The translations under genes and the position numbers were made by a program. From positions 7,587-71,586 of the forward strand of contig JANMLS010000039.1 of NCBI GenBank assembly GCA_031372675.1: DNA of 64,000 bases, read 5' to 3'. This DNA is from Verrucomicrobiaceae bacterium. GTDB taxonomy: Bacteria; Verrucomicrobiota; Verrucomicrobiia; Chthoniobacterales; Chthoniobacteraceae. This document shows, in pieces, positions 63,560 to 64,000 of this stretch; the stretch's first letter is position 1, and each line of letters starts with the position of its first letter. Under the pieces are notes generated by a model, which was not told where the DNA came from, ran no database searches, and saw only the letters and a program-made list of their open reading frames with translations.

Positions 63560-64000
63560 ATGAATTACGGTTTCAGAATCTCAGCTATTTTTTCGCTCGC
63601 TTTATCCACCTTCGCCGGGTGCTCGATGGACTCGCGCCTTTCCACCGATACGGTGTATCTCGGCGGCAAGCGCGTCCCAGCGCGTCCCTACGAAGACAAG
63701 CGGATGAACTTCGATAATGTCTCGTATTGGGACGGCGACGCCGCCACCGGCGCACCGAAAATCCGCATCAATCGCAGCGAGCAAAAAGCGTATTTTTACA
63801 AAGGCGGTGAGCTGGTCGGCGTATCCGCGATTTCCACCGGACGCGAGGAGTTTGGGACACCGGCGGGAAATTTCAAAATCGTCCAAAAAAATAGAGACCA
63901 CGTCTCCAGCAAATACGGCAACTACGTGGATTCCGAGGGCAACATCCTGATCAAAGACGTGGACCGCACGAAAGACAAAATGCCGCCCGGCGCACGATAT
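63560..64000 (+). CDS. L,D-transpeptidase (YkuD domain) lipoprotein, 3'-partial
   Basis: Not in the ORF track because it has no stop before the window end. My own translation from the ATG at 63560 is MNYGFRISAIFSLALSTFAGCS (lipobox) ... INRSEQKAYFYKGGELVGVSAISTGREEFGTPAGNFKIVQKNRDHVSSKYG. It is open to nt 64000 in frame. Confidence 0.75.
   Translation, partial: MNYGFRISAIFSLALSTFAGCSMDSRLSTDTVYLGGKRVPARPYEDKRMNFDNVSYWDGDAATGAPKIRINRSEQKAYFYKGGELVGVSAISTGREEFGTPAGNFKIVQKNRDHVSSKYGNYVDSEGNILIKDVDRTKDKMPPGARY

Noticed and set aside
63602-63901. 99-aa minus-strand ORF, and plus-strand ORFs 63520..63717 and 63717..63950
   Set aside because: A third frame, from the ATG at 63560 and open to the window end, encodes a lipoprotein with clear YkuD L,D-transpeptidase motifs. 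The listed ORFs overlap it and lack motifs.
1-64000. tRNA, rRNA, tmRNA, group II intron, integrase/transposase or prophage genes
   Set aside because: I scanned the intergenic regions and ORF products by eye and found nothing resembling them. This is a negative result without tool support, and tRNAscan/Infernal would be needed to be certain.

Overview
High-GC (about 60%) bacterial chromosomal window with about 40 supportable protein genes and no rRNA, tRNA or CRISPR that I could recognise. The gene content suggests a PVC-superphylum or Verrucomicrobiota-like organism: an autotransporter-associated beta-strand repeat, giant LTD/CotH and LamG/DUF11 surface proteins, BatA_N/vWA proteins, ThuA. 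That taxonomic call is inference only.

Housekeeping genes:
- purK (5'-partial), Sua5/TsaC, murJ, rsmB-like, tilS, nagZ, namZ-like DUF1343.
- GT2, acylphosphatase, phnA, CDF transporter, MDR reductase, TerC, AlkD-like repair protein.
- A 3'-partial L,D-transpeptidase that is absent from the ORF track.

Notable content:
1. A 19-kb co-directional locus at 12667-31931. It runs MoxR, DUF58, two large vWA membrane proteins, ECF sigma, a vWA-type anti-sigma, and a 2,338-aa internally duplicated membrane protein. An AbiEii-like nucleotidyltransferase cassette interrupts it.
2. Three further giant secreted proteins. One (3,245 aa) ends in about 16 octapeptide repeats of the MVAAGGGN / LIGNDGST type.
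3. An unusually dense set of palindromic REP/MITE-like intergenic elements, several of them sitting inside operons.
4. Several decayed genes: a Ser/Thr kinase with a frameshift at a CG repeat, an HtrA-like protein lacking catalytic His and Ser, and a GalT-like protein lacking its nucleophile His and zinc-binding Cys residues.
5. A ParE-type toxin-antitoxin pair.

CDS coordinates come from the ORF track, with internal starts chosen by me. Repeat coordinates are hand-counted and may be off by 1-2 nt. All family assignments are from motif recognition by eye. No searches were run.
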